A stretch of DNA of 64,000 nucleotides from Nitrospirota bacterium (lineage in GTDB: Bacteria; Nitrospirota; UBA9217). Position numbers and translations under genes: made by a program. The notes below the pieces were generated by a model. The model was not told where the DNA came from, ran no database searches, and saw only the letters and a program-made list of their open reading frames with translations. The stretch spans positions 2,144,001 to 2,208,000 of the forward strand of contig CAVTRN010000002.1 of assembly GCA_963737155.1 (NCBI GenBank), read 5' to 3'. Shown piece by piece: positions 30,858 through 41,022 of this stretch (positions are counted from its first letter, which is position 1; each line of letters starts with the position of its first letter).

Positions 30858-31388
30858 TTATTGAGAAACCATCATATCCTTTAACAGCTTAACCGCCGAT
30901 GGATTGCGCCAGTCCTCAGAGCCTATAATTTTATACCGAACAATTCCAGCACGGTCAAGTATGTAGGTCTCCGGGAATTTGAATGTGCCGTAACGCGCTG
31001 CTGTGGCCCGGTCGGGATCAAGCAGTACTGGCACGCTCAACCCCTTTTGTCTTAGGAAAGATCCAACAGCCGGGGCACCTCTTTCGTCAACACTTATTGC
31101 CAGTAGCGCGAAATCCGTCCCTGCTAATTCCTGGTTCAGATAGGCGAGCGTGGGAATCTCTTCCACGCAGGGTGGGCACCACGTAGCCCAGAAATGTACC
31201 ATAACTACCCTTCCGCGAAAATCGGAAAGGTTTACGAACTTACCGTCCAAGTCGTGGAGTTTAAATTCCGGTGCTTTATCACCAGTAGTAATAATCTTTC
31301 CAGCACTTTTATTGTCCTTGGCAACAAACACTACAACTAAAAGGACTACCGCAACTACTAGGACGAAAAGTAATATAATCTGTTTCAT
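30858..31388 (-). CDS. TlpA/ResA-family membrane-anchored thioredoxin
   Basis: HFWATWCPPC..EIP, FPETYILD; N-terminal TM. Confidence 0.9.
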   Translation of the reverse strand: MKQIILLFVLVVAVVLLVVVFVAKDNKSAGKIITTGDKAPEFKLHDLDGKFVNLSDFRGRVVMVHFWATWCPPCVEEIPTLAYLNQELAGTDFALLAISVDERGAPAVGSFLRQKGLSVPVLLDPDRATAARYGTFKFPETYILDRAGIVRYKIIGSEDWRNPSAVKLLKDMMVSQ

Positions 31389-31682
31389 ATTGCTGCTTTT
31401 AGAAACCTGCAATTCCATGTCAATTCACCATCTACCTATGCTAGCATCAGGTAATTTCGGCCGATCAAATTGCGGTACGTATTATACAATTTATTACGAT
31501 GAGTATCAAGAATAATTACTGAATGATCAGGATATCGTTTGACCAAAACCTCGATTGCTCTTTTAGATTTCATGAACCACCGTATCCTCAGTGGTTTTCT
31601 GATTCTTTTTTGACAAAGTTTTTGCGTTGCTTTTCGTTATTTTTATTTAAAAAAACAAGCCGTTTTGTTATAATGAACCGTT

Positions 31683-33500
31683 ATGATTCACGAAATTAAA
31701 CTTCACGGGAAAGCCAACGAAAAACTAGATTACTTCGCTACGATTATGGGCTCTGATCTGAGCAGTAGGTACTTCTATGAGTCCCTTCCCGAAGGTGACC
31801 GGTTTTTCTCAGGCAGCAACGAATTTATCATAACGCCGACGGGAATCAGTTATGCAGGGACAGGCGGCAGTCTCTGCGAATACATGTTCGGCGTCGACTT
31901 GCCGCTCAAGGACCTGCTGAGAAAAGGTGTACCGAACCGTCTTATCATGAACGGCGCCTTCATTGACACCGGTAAGATCACCTTTACGAACAATACCGCG
32001 GGCAAGGAGTCTTTCGACCATGTCTTCATGGCCGGCAACGCGGTCTCAAATTATTATTTTTTCATTCACACGTCAAAAAATTCTGAAATCAAGGACATTC
32101 AACGGGATATCCTCAAGAATATCGGCAAGAAGCTCAAGAGAAGCCCTGCGGTCGGTGCCGTTGATGACACGCAACTATGTAAAGAACTTTTCGAAGCTCT
32201 TGAAGACTCAGAGGTCCTGGTTTTTCTTTTTCGGTTACTTAACCTGCACAACCATGAGTATCTTAACACAGTTAACAAATATTACTCCGAGCAGAAACCA
32301 CTTTCGGACAAAGCGCATAAATCTCTAGAAGCGCTGGCCAAGCAATACAGAATCGTCCCGTACCAGCAGGAACGTATCAAGATAGACGGGATGTCTAAAC
32401 TCCCCGAGAACAAGAAAATAGTGGATGAATACAAGGATATCCTTATTTCAGCATCGGAAAAGGGCGAGGTGAACCCGTCCCAGTTGGCAAAGCTTTCCCG
32501 GCTCCGAACGCTGAGTCTCAGGATCAATATACCGCACAACTTTTTCGACACCCTCGATGAACATCTTCTCAAGGATATGGAAATCGTTGAAGTTGAAGAG
32601 CCAGGCTATCTACGAGAGATCCGGGCAATCTTCGAAGGGCTTTTTCCCCAGGTCGACAAGCTCAAGGGGCACATCTCGCGGGAGGATCTCATCAAACTCC
32701 TCATGGCGAAACAGAAGTCGACAGTGGTCCGCGATCAGGCTTTTGAAGGCCTGCTGCTCGACATGGTCCGCACGTGCGACGAGCACGCCCGCGATACGAA
32801 CGACACGAGCGCGCTCGAGGCTATGAGCCGCATACTGACCTATTTCGACCGTTTCGACAGCACGGCGACTATGGTAAATAACCTTGCCTGCATGGAGGAC
32901 TCCACCCTCAGCGAGGATAACATCCAGACTATCTTGGGCAATAAAGAGGTTTTTGACGACATCCACCCCGATTTGTTCCGCGATCTGTTTATCCATATGA
33001 TAGGGGACGACCGTTATGTGACGCGCTACGGCCGCAAGAAAGTCGACATGCTGCATCTCGGTCTCCAGCAGATCAAAACGTACGATATAACCTATCGTGA
33101 TCTTTCTGCATCCATCACAAAGCTAAACGATGTCGATAAAATGTACATGGCTATTCATCGCTACATCAAGAATCGGGTCAAAAGCATTTACGCTGAGCTG
33201 AACTCGAAAGATGATCAGGAAATTTTCATCCAGGACCTGAACCATGAAATCCAATCCAAGGGAATCGTTCAGAGCCCAGTGCCGCACATTGTGTTCGAGG
33301 AGATCATTCTCGATATCCGGAAAGAATTCTTCTACCTCAACAACCTCCTGCCCCACATCATCGTTTCCCGGGATAATCAGGTCCGCAAAGATTTCCTGAT
33401 AAACAGCGGATTGGACCGGTTCTATGTCGAGGAACTTGAAAAAAACTACTTCGACATGAATAAAATAGAACAAAATATCCTCGAGGAAATCAGAAAATAA
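31683..33500 (+). CDS. Conserved hypothetical protein resembling the TIGR04442 family
   Basis: 605 aa; MIHEIKLHG...GTGGSLCEYMFG...FLINSGLDRFYVEELE; family assignment from memory only. Confidence 0.65.
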   Translation: MIHEIKLHGKANEKLDYFATIMGSDLSSRYFYESLPEGDRFFSGSNEFIITPTGISYAGTGGSLCEYMFGVDLPLKDLLRKGVPNRLIMNGAFIDTGKITFTNNTAGKESFDHVFMAGNAVSNYYFFIHTSKNSEIKDIQRDILKNIGKKLKRSPAVGAVDDTQLCKELFEALEDSEVLVFLFRLLNLHNHEYLNTVNKYYSEQKPLSDKAHKSLEALAKQYRIVPYQQERIKIDGMSKLPENKKIVDEYKDILISASEKGEVNPSQLAKLSRLRTLSLRINIPHNFFDTLDEHLLKDMEIVEVEEPGYLREIRAIFEGLFPQVDKLKGHISREDLIKLLMAKQKSTVVRDQAFEGLLLDMVRTCDEHARDTNDTSALEAMSRILTYFDRFDSTATMVNNLACMEDSTLSEDNIQTILGNKEVFDDIHPDLFRDLFIHMIGDDRYVTRYGRKKVDMLHLGLQQIKTYDITYRDLSASITKLNDVDKMYMAIHRYIKNRVKSIYAELNSKDDQEIFIQDLNHEIQSKGIVQSPVPHIVFEEIILDIRKEFFYLNNLLPHIIVSRDNQVRKDFLINSGLDRFYVEELEKNYFDMNKIEQNILEEIRK

Positions 33501-33502
33501 CC

Positions 33503-34693
33503 ATGTTCCGAACATTAGACCGATATATTTTACGCGGAATAATCCCACCTTTTTTCATGACCATGGCGGTGCTCCTGCTCGTGCTTTTCCTCGATAAGCT
33601 GTTCCGGCTAGCCGACCTTGTCATATCCAAGGGAGCCGGCCTGATGTCGATTATAAAAGTCTTCATTTATATCGTGCCGAGTTTCCTGGTCATTACGCTC
33701 CCTATGTCGCTTCTTGTCGCGGCGCTGACAACCTTTGCCACGATGAGCGCCGACTCCGAAGTGACCGCCATGAAAGCATCTTGCATCAGTCTTTACAGCA
33801 TGATCAGGCCAGTGTTTTTTCTTGCGGTCCTTATCTTCGGCTTCACTGCAGTAACATCGCTCATCCTCGTTCCCAGTGCCAACACGTCTCTCAAGGACCA
33901 TTTATTCAATATGGTAAAATCGAACGCCATGATCGGTCTAGAGCCCGGTATATTCAGCAACACCTTCGACGGCATGGTGATGTACGTAGACAAGATAGAT
34001 TCACAAAATAACATGAAGGGCGTATTCATATCCGATGAACGTTCGGTCAAAGAGCCCTATACCATCCTAGCAAAACAGGGAAAACTCATCGCGAATCTGC
34101 AGACACTGAATGTCACCCTGGCTCTTCAGGACGGCACCATTCACATGGAGCCGCACGATGAAAAAACCTACTCGCTCATGGGATTTACAACGGCTAACAT
34201 CTACCTTGACATCAAAAGTTCTCTGTCCGGAAAGGGTGCTTCAGGCAAAGATTATGAAGACATGAGCAGCACCGAACTAATCCAAGATATTAAAATAGCG
34301 CGAAGTGAGGAAAAACCCACCTACCACCAGGAAACGGAACTACATAAACGGCTTTCAATCCCCTTTGCATGCCTTATCTTCGGTCTCATAAGTGCGCCTC
34401 TCGGTATCAGGCGAAGCCGGTCGGGGAAATCAGCCGGTATTGTCATCGCATTCATGGTATTTCTTGTTTATTATGTTTTATTAGCCGGAGCGACTAATCT
34501 TGCCGAATCCGGGACTGTCAGGCCTCTCGTTGCATTCTGGATTCCGAACGCACTCATGGCGGTCGCCGCGGTGCTTTTTGTCATAAAAAAAGGACGTGAT
34601 GTCAACCTCGGAATATGGGATGCTGTTGTTCTGTTCTACTATAAATCGAAAGAGCGCCTGCAGACTAAATTTCGAAGGCGCAAGCTGTCCTGA
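33503..34693 (+). CDS. lptF: LPS export ABC permease LptF
   Basis: LDRYI, MSADSEVTAMKA, ELHKRLSIPFACL; paired with lptG. Confidence 0.9.
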   Translation: MFRTLDRYILRGIIPPFFMTMAVLLLVLFLDKLFRLADLVISKGAGLMSIIKVFIYIVPSFLVITLPMSLLVAALTTFATMSADSEVTAMKASCISLYSMIRPVFFLAVLIFGFTAVTSLILVPSANTSLKDHLFNMVKSNAMIGLEPGIFSNTFDGMVMYVDKIDSQNNMKGVFISDERSVKEPYTILAKQGKLIANLQTLNVTLALQDGTIHMEPHDEKTYSLMGFTTANIYLDIKSSLSGKGASGKDYEDMSSTELIQDIKIARSEEKPTYHQETELHKRLSIPFACLIFGLISAPLGIRRSRSGKSAGIVIAFMVFLVYYVLLAGATNLAESGTVRPLVAFWIPNALMAVAAVLFVIKKGRDVNLGIWDAVVLFYYKSKERLQTKFRRRKLS

Positions 34694-34698
34694 CCGAC

Positions 34699-35784
34699 AT
34701 GACGCTGATTAGCAGGCATATCCTTCGTGAATTCCTCACCCTTGCTCTGGCTGTTCTACTCGGGATTCTCGTCGTTTACCTTTGCGTCGAGTTTCTCCAG
34801 AAGGCAGACAGACTCATTAAATTTCATGCTTCCTTCTATCAAGTAGCTCGCTACTTTCTATTCAGAATTCCCAGCATGATTACGATTTCGCTTCCCATGG
34901 CTACCCTTATCGCCGTGCTCCTTGCACTTGGGAATCTGTCGCGACACAATGAGATCATCGCTATGCGGGCGAGCGGTGTGAGCCTGGGAAAAATCATTAC
35001 GCCCCTTCTAGCGGGAGGTCTGGCCATATCGGCATTCGGCTTCATCAACAATGAATTCATCATGCCTGAATGCAGCTCCCAGGCAAACTACGTCCGCAAC
35101 GTCGAAATCGAAAAGAAACAACAGAGCGTCATGTTCCAACAGCAAAAATTATGGCTCCGTGGACCGGACAACAGTATCGCCAACATCGAGCTAGTTTCAC
35201 CGAACCGCACGGAAATGATCGGACTTAACATTTATAAGCTGAATCAGGACTTCTCCCTTCGCGAGCGCATCAAGGCGGGCAGCCTCGTGTGGGAAAACGG
35301 CGCATGGCGGCTCAGGAACAGCCACACCTATGTCCAGGAAGGAGACGCCATCCGTTCCTACCCTTCAGACGGAGAGATATATAACATTGTCAATAACCCA
35401 AGTGATCTCGGCATGATCGTTAAGGATGCCGAAGAAATGAGCTTTTCGGAAATGTGGAATTACATAAAGCGACTTAAGACAAGCGGGTACAACGCCAGCC
35501 AGTACGAGGTGGATTTGTACAATAAAGTTGCCTTCCCATTTTCCAGCCTGCTCATGGTCCTCATTTCGGTCCCCTTTTCTATCCACAAAGTCCGCAGCGG
35601 CGGTACAGGCAAGGGTTTCGCCTTTGCCGTATTGATAGCCTTCATGTATTGGACGCTCATGAGCGTCGGAGCATCTTTCGGAAAGTCCGGAACCATCCCG
35701 CCTTCCGTGGCGGCATGGCTAGCGAACATTTTTTTTGGTTTTATTGCTCTTGTCGTGCTGGTGCGTATCCAGCGGACCGTTTGA
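34699..35784 (+). CDS. lptG: LPS export ABC permease LptG
   Basis: LSRHNEIIAMRASGVS, KVAFPF, AAWLANI. Confidence 0.9.
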   Translation: MTLISRHILREFLTLALAVLLGILVVYLCVEFLQKADRLIKFHASFYQVARYFLFRIPSMITISLPMATLIAVLLALGNLSRHNEIIAMRASGVSLGKIITPLLAGGLAISAFGFINNEFIMPECSSQANYVRNVEIEKKQQSVMFQQQKLWLRGPDNSIANIELVSPNRTEMIGLNIYKLNQDFSLRERIKAGSLVWENGAWRLRNSHTYVQEGDAIRSYPSDGEIYNIVNNPSDLGMIVKDAEEMSFSEMWNYIKRLKTSGYNASQYEVDLYNKVAFPFSSLLMVLISVPFSIHKVRSGGTGKGFAFAVLIAFMYWTLMSVGASFGKSGTIPPSVAAWLANIFFGFIALVVLVRIQRTV

Positions 35785-36232
35785 TCCGCCACACCGACGA
35801 AAGCAATTATTCTGGGCAGTTGACTTATTTATGCCTGTCTTGTTCTGCAAGCCTGAATCAGGATACTATGACCAAGCTGTTTTTTTTCACAATAAATTCT
35901 AGATAGTCTGATTGGAAGAGGAACTTTCAAACTCGACAAAAAATATCCTAACGCTTCTCAGCAAAGACTCACTCCTCTTTCGTTCTTGAACGAGGTTATC
36001 ACATCATGAGCATTGCAGGCAATAACCCCGATCCGCACCGCCTTGTCGGGCAGATCGGATTCTCAGAAACGTAAAGACGATGGGCGCATAAGTTTTCCTT
36101 AAGTCGCTCATTTATCAGGATATCGCATACCAAGTTGATGCCGGTTCATCGATGAGAAAATAGGACTTATTGACCTTCTTCCGGATGCCGATCTTCTTGG
36201 CCGGTTACTTCTGAAGGATATGCTCTGACCTC

Positions 36233-36913
36233 ATGAAGAATAAAATCGTTAAAAATCTGATCGGAGTCACGCTCATCCCTTTTTGCCTAGGATATTCCTG
36301 GGAGTTTGGGGTGGTGGTCTTTTCCAATAACTACAAGCCATCGGTGCCATACTACTTTATTGCAGGCTGCTTGGCCTATTGTGTCGTACATATACTTTTT
36401 GAAAAAAAACCGATTTTTACCTATGTGATCGCTCATGAGCTCACGCATGCACTTTTTGCGGTAATCTTCGGCGGATCGGTCAAATCCCTGCATGCCAGCG
36501 AGCGAGGTGGACGGGTAGCGGTGACCAAATCGAATTTTCTTATTACCTTGGCGCCCTACTTTTTCCCTCTCTATACGTTCTTAACCCTTCTCCTCTACGA
36601 GGCCGCCCTCGCAACGCACGCCGGACTTGCAGCCATGAACATACTTGTTGCCCTCAGCGGTGCTGCATTCACCTTTCATCTCGTGCTAACTTTCATATTT
36701 CTCCAAACAGACCAAAGCGATATCAGGGAGCAGGGCGCTCTTTTTTCGTATCCGTTGATTTACCTGTTCAATATTGCGTTTGCTGTGCTTATCATTGATA
36801 TTTATCTGGCCAAAAACATGAATTACCTGCAATTTCTAGTAGGTGGTATAATGAAAAGCACGGGAATGATTACGGTATTTGCCAAAAAAGCATATGCCAT
36901 GATCCAGCGGTAA
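36233..36913 (+). CDS. M50-like membrane metallopeptidase
   Basis: AHELTHA (HExxH) within TM helices; LAPYFFP; QSD motif. Confidence 0.7.
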   Translation: MKNKIVKNLIGVTLIPFCLGYSWEFGVVVFSNNYKPSVPYYFIAGCLAYCVVHILFEKKPIFTYVIAHELTHALFAVIFGGSVKSLHASERGGRVAVTKSNFLITLAPYFFPLYTFLTLLLYEAALATHAGLAAMNILVALSGAAFTFHLVLTFIFLQTDQSDIREQGALFSYPLIYLFNIAFAVLIIDIYLAKNMNYLQFLVGGIMKSTGMITVFAKKAYAMIQR

Positions 36914-36956
36914 AGGCTTACTGAAAACAATATCCTATTTTGATGGAGACTGAATC

Positions 36957-37571
36957 ATGCTTCTGGTAGGATTAACCGGAGGAATTGCAAGCGGCAAGAG
37001 CCTTGTGGGGAAGGTGTTTCGGGACCTAGGAGCCCACCTCATCGATGCTGACCAGATTGTGCATAGTCTGCTGGCGTACAGCGAGCCAGCATGGGAAGAG
37101 GTGCTCCATCATTTCGGTCAGGCCATTCTTCTTCCCAGCAAGGAGATCGACCGGAGAAAGCTCGGGGAGATCATTTTTAACAATGACGATCAAAGAGTAT
37201 GGCTCAACAGGTGCCTGCATCCCAAGGTCTTCGAAGCTTTTCTCGCATCAGTACGAAACTTGAGAAACCGACCTCCTGACACGATTATTGTATTGGATGC
37301 CGCGCTCCTTATCGAAACGGAATATTACAAAAAGATGGACCGCACTGTTGTTGTGTATGCCAACCCCGATCAGCAGCTCAATCGGCTCATTCAACGCGAC
37401 AATTTGTCGCGTGAGCAAGCTCTTGCCCGAATACAGAGCCAGATGTCACTCGATGAAAAACGAGGATATGCCGATTACGTCATCGACAACACAGTATCCC
37501 GAGAACAGACTGAACGGCAAGCTCGGGACGTTTTCTCCAAATTAGCACAGGAAGCGAGGCTGTGTTCATGA
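36957..37571 (+). CDS. coaE: Dephospho-CoA kinase
   Basis: GLTGGIASGKS, IDAD, IDRRKLG, HPKV, RIQSQM. Confidence 0.95.
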   Translation: MLLVGLTGGIASGKSLVGKVFRDLGAHLIDADQIVHSLLAYSEPAWEEVLHHFGQAILLPSKEIDRRKLGEIIFNNDDQRVWLNRCLHPKVFEAFLASVRNLRNRPPDTIIVLDAALLIETEYYKKMDRTVVVYANPDQQLNRLIQRDNLSREQALARIQSQMSLDEKRGYADYVIDNTVSREQTERQARDVFSKLAQEARLCS

Positions 37572-38065
37572 AAAAAGCTCTTACCATGAGAATACTCCCC
37601 ATGGCACGCATCCACATACCCGCTTGTGTTGCAATACTTTCCGCTTCCGAACCCTGGAAAATTCTCGGGGAAGGGTTCGATTTTGGCTTGGTTCTTCACC
37701 GGAACCGCCAAGCCGACAAAGCATACGTTGTGATTGTTGAAAAGGAAACAGTGGGGTTCATCGTATTTACGCCACATCCGGTATTTGCACGGGGAGGGTA
37801 TCTCCGCGCAATCGGAGTAGCTCCGTCGTGGCGCAGACACGGCATCGGTAAAAGGTTGATACGTTTCGCGGAAAAAGCAACAGCCCGTCATTCACCTAAC
37901 TTTTACCTTTGCGTCTCCTCGTTTAACCGAAAAGCACAAGCTTTTTACAGGAGTCTCGGATACCAAAAAATCGGGAAAATACCTGATCTGCTCATGAAGG
38001 GCGCTTCGGAACATGTCTATTGGAAACGGTTGTCCCAGTTTAAGATAAAAGCAAGGAGAAAGTAA
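37562..38065 (+). CDS. GNAT acetyltransferase
   Basis: IGVAPSWRRHGIGK, N..AQAFYRSLGY. Confidence 0.88.
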   Translation: MFMKKALTMRILPMARIHIPACVAILSASEPWKILGEGFDFGLVLHRNRQADKAYVVIVEKETVGFIVFTPHPVFARGGYLRAIGVAPSWRRHGIGKRLIRFAEKATARHSPNFYLCVSSFNRKAQAFYRSLGYQKIGKIPDLLMKGASEHVYWKRLSQFKIKARRK

Positions 38066-38070
38066 GTTTT

Positions 38071-38742
38071 ATGAATAATTTAAATAATATTGACCTGTTT
38101 AAAAATCTCTCTAAAGAGGAGTTAAAGGAGCTGGAGCCCTACCTTGTTACAACTTCTTTCAAAAAGAAGGAGGCAATCTTCGCAGAAGGCGATCAGCCAG
38201 AATGGTTTTACATTGTGTCAAAAGGAAAAGTCAAGATCACCAAGCTTTCCCACGATGGCAAGGAAATCATCCTCGAAGTTATATCGCCGACCGACATCTT
38301 TGGCGGTGTAGCAGTCCTGCGCAACTTCCCCTACCCGGCAAATGCCGTCGTTATGGAAGACAGCGAAGTCATAAAAATTTCCAGAAAGAATCTAATGCGT
38401 CTTGTTGACCGTTTTCCGAATCTCATGTACTGCATGGCACTTCAGCTCGGAGACCGGATGAAAAGTTCCTACGATTCACTCAAAAACATCGCTCTTGAGC
38501 GCGTTGAAGCTCGTATAGCAGCCTTGCTCCTGAAACTTACAAACAAGGTCGGTATCAAAACCAATGAGGGAATCGCAATCAATATGCGCCTCACTAAACA
38601 GGATATCGCTGATATGGTCGGCACTACAGTGGAGACTTCAATCCGCACATTCAGCAAATTCAAGAAACAGGGCCTTTTGGCTGATAAAGACGGCAGGATT
38701 GTCATCAAGGACCGCGAAGGTCTGATGTCCTTCGCCTCCTGA
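38071..38742 (+). CDS. Crp/Fnr-family regulator (HcpR/Dnr-like)
   Basis: cNMP-type domain plus the HTH LTKQDIADMVGTTVETSIRT; no FNR Cys cluster. Confidence 0.9.
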   Translation: MNNLNNIDLFKNLSKEELKELEPYLVTTSFKKKEAIFAEGDQPEWFYIVSKGKVKITKLSHDGKEIILEVISPTDIFGGVAVLRNFPYPANAVVMEDSEVIKISRKNLMRLVDRFPNLMYCMALQLGDRMKSSYDSLKNIALERVEARIAALLLKLTNKVGIKTNEGIAINMRLTKQDIADMVGTTVETSIRTFSKFKKQGLLADKDGRIVIKDREGLMSFAS

Positions 38743-38871
38743 CCACTCCCCATGTCTAAAGCTTGGGGGTGGAATACTGTTAATATTTATATTGTATAAT
38801 ATAATTTTATATGATATAATATATTTATGAAGCTAAGCGTATGGGCAAAGCAACAAGGTATAACCTATCAA

Positions 38872-40506
38872 CCTAAAAAGAGCAGTTACCCTCAATCAGA
38901 GCCACTTATCCACACCATAACGGCAGAAGTTCAGGCGCCTGCAACGGTTTTCCACCCAGCAGTTTGAAAAATGCACGGCTCAAGATACGTCGCCACCGTT
39001 CACCTGGAGTCAACTGCTCCGCAGTTGTTTTCAGGATGGCTAGAAAGCGGGATATCTCATCGAGAATGCGCTGAACTTTCCCAGAGCTTGCGTGCGCACT
39101 CGTGATGGTCATCATGGTCTGCCCTTGATGGCGTGTTTGTTTGCCAACCGCATGCAGAAGAAGTGGACGACTCGTAATTGCCTCCAAGTGTTTGTCCGGA
39201 TGAGCAAGCCTCACGAAGAGCGACCACCAGTTGTAAACTAATGCTACGGTCCGCGCCATGAAGCCGCAGCGCTTAAGGTCCCGGGTCGTATATCCGCCCC
39301 ACCCCCACTGATTCTTCAACTCGTCAAAAATATTCTCTGCATCCGCACGATCACGGTAGTGTTGGGCGATTGTGAGAATCTCGTCTTTGAGGGTGGTGGC
39401 TAGTACTGCATACTCATATCGCTTGGCAACTCCGGGCGCTTCCACAAACCCAAGTTCCATCTGATCCTTCTGCTGCAGGCTTATTGCTACGTCTCCCGTG
39501 AGCACTCGTCGAAGGATAATAACGCGACGAGATTTCTGCCATCCCATGAGTTGAAGGGATTCTTCCACACCCTTCCAGCCCTGTCCGGCATCTACCCAAT
39601 CGTTACTATAGAATGCCTTCTCAATAAGCCTCCGCACGTTCTTCGTGAGGCGTAGCTTCACGAGATAGGGCAATTCTTTTTCTTCTGCCTGACTCATGAA
39701 GCCGTCCGTGCCCCAGCCTGAATCCCCCCGGAAAAAGGCAGGCCAAAAGCGACGCGGGAGTCGTTCCAGAAGCTGCCATAACCCCGGGGTGCTGTAACAC
39801 GTTGCTGTTTTGTTTCCGGCCTGCACCTCAACATCCAAAACAAGCCGGGTATTGGCCATCAGGTAACTGTGATAGGTGTGAGACGGCCTGCCGGGCTTAT
39901 GCGGGTTGTAACCAATGACCGCGCCCTCTTGTTTTCCGTACAACGGTTTGACTGTCGTATCTCCGTCCATAATCCATGGCATGCACAGGAGGGATTCATA
40001 ACATCGCCTCATGTGCTCAGTAAGCCATGAGATGCCGGCATGCTCATCCATCTGCTTAAATCCCCGCCGTACGGTGTCTTCGCTCACGACCTTCGTCATG
40101 CCGAGTAGTGCCGGGTTGACATTATCGCTTCGAACGCTCGTCATGTGGGAATAACGATGGTGACCGGCTAGAACGGACAACAGGACTGTACCGAGAAGAT
40201 CGCGCTTCTCGGGTGCGTTAGGACTCGTGTAGTGCAGTGGACAGTCTGCTACCCATGGTTCGTAGATTCCACCCGTCTTCAAAAAATCGATGAAGAACGC
40301 CAGCTGGCCCATTGGTGTAACGGCTGCTGTTGAATCCCATTCAACATGCACTTTTCCTGCAAAGGTATCGACTGCAATTCTATCTGTTTTATCTGTAGGT
40401 GGAGATGAAATCGAGTCACCCATTGGGTGAGACCTCCTTGTTGAAAGAAGTATCATAGTATCCAATAGTTAACTCAGATTTGCAAGGCCCAACTGCCGTT
40501 TATAGG
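38872..40506 (-). mobile_element. IS1380-family insertion sequence, 1635 bp
   Basis: IRs CCTAAAAAGAGCAGTT and CCTATAAACGGCAGTT (13/16); ATCAA duplication at 38867-38871 and 40507-40511. Confidence 0.92.
38906..40423 (-). CDS. IS1380-family DDE transposase
   Basis: MDGDTTVKPLYGKQEGA, RGDSGWG, YRDRADAENIFDELKNQW; AGGAGG RBS before 40423. Confidence 0.9.
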   Translation of the reverse strand: MGDSISSPPTDKTDRIAVDTFAGKVHVEWDSTAAVTPMGQLAFFIDFLKTGGIYEPWVADCPLHYTSPNAPEKRDLLGTVLLSVLAGHHRYSHMTSVRSDNVNPALLGMTKVVSEDTVRRGFKQMDEHAGISWLTEHMRRCYESLLCMPWIMDGDTTVKPLYGKQEGAVIGYNPHKPGRPSHTYHSYLMANTRLVLDVEVQAGNKTATCYSTPGLWQLLERLPRRFWPAFFRGDSGWGTDGFMSQAEEKELPYLVKLRLTKNVRRLIEKAFYSNDWVDAGQGWKGVEESLQLMGWQKSRRVIILRRVLTGDVAISLQQKDQMELGFVEAPGVAKRYEYAVLATTLKDEILTIAQHYRDRADAENIFDELKNQWGWGGYTTRDLKRCGFMARTVALVYNWWSLFVRLAHPDKHLEAITSRPLLLHAVGKQTRHQGQTMMTITSAHASSGKVQRILDEISRFLAILKTTAEQLTPGERWRRILSRAFFKLLGGKPLQAPELLPLWCG

Positions 40507-41022
40507 ATCAAGCGGCATGGAAATGGTGGAAGGCTGGCAAGCTGCCGGTTGAGGCTGAGCAGATGCCTACCGGAACCATCATTATAAAAGAGCAGAAAAC
40601 TGCCCAAGGTTCTGTTGCTCTTTATGCCCGGGTATCCAGTCATGACCAAAAGAAAGACCTGGACGGGCAGCTCGGGCGGCTTTCCGTATATGCCGCTTCC
40701 AAAGGGTTGTCAGTTTCAAAAGCGGTGTCTGAGGTTGGATCTGGTCTTAATGGGCACAGGCCAAAACTCATGAAGCTGCTTGCCGATTCCAACGTCAGTA
40801 TTATTGTCGCCTTGCATCGTGACCGGCTTATGCGGTTTGGATCTGAGTATGTAGAATCGGCACTTCGAGCTCAAGGTCGTCAACTTATTATTGTAGACCA
40901 GACCGAGCTAAAGGACGATCTGGTGCAGGACATGATTGAAGTATTGACATCGTTTTGCGCAAGGCTCTACGGACGCCGGTCAGCGGCCAATAAAGCAAAA
41001 AAAGCCCTGGAGGCCATGGAGA

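Noticed and set aside
38773-38826. IS607 as an IStron (group I intron fusion)
   Set aside because: Only 54 bp lie between the left end and the tnpA start, too short for an intron core
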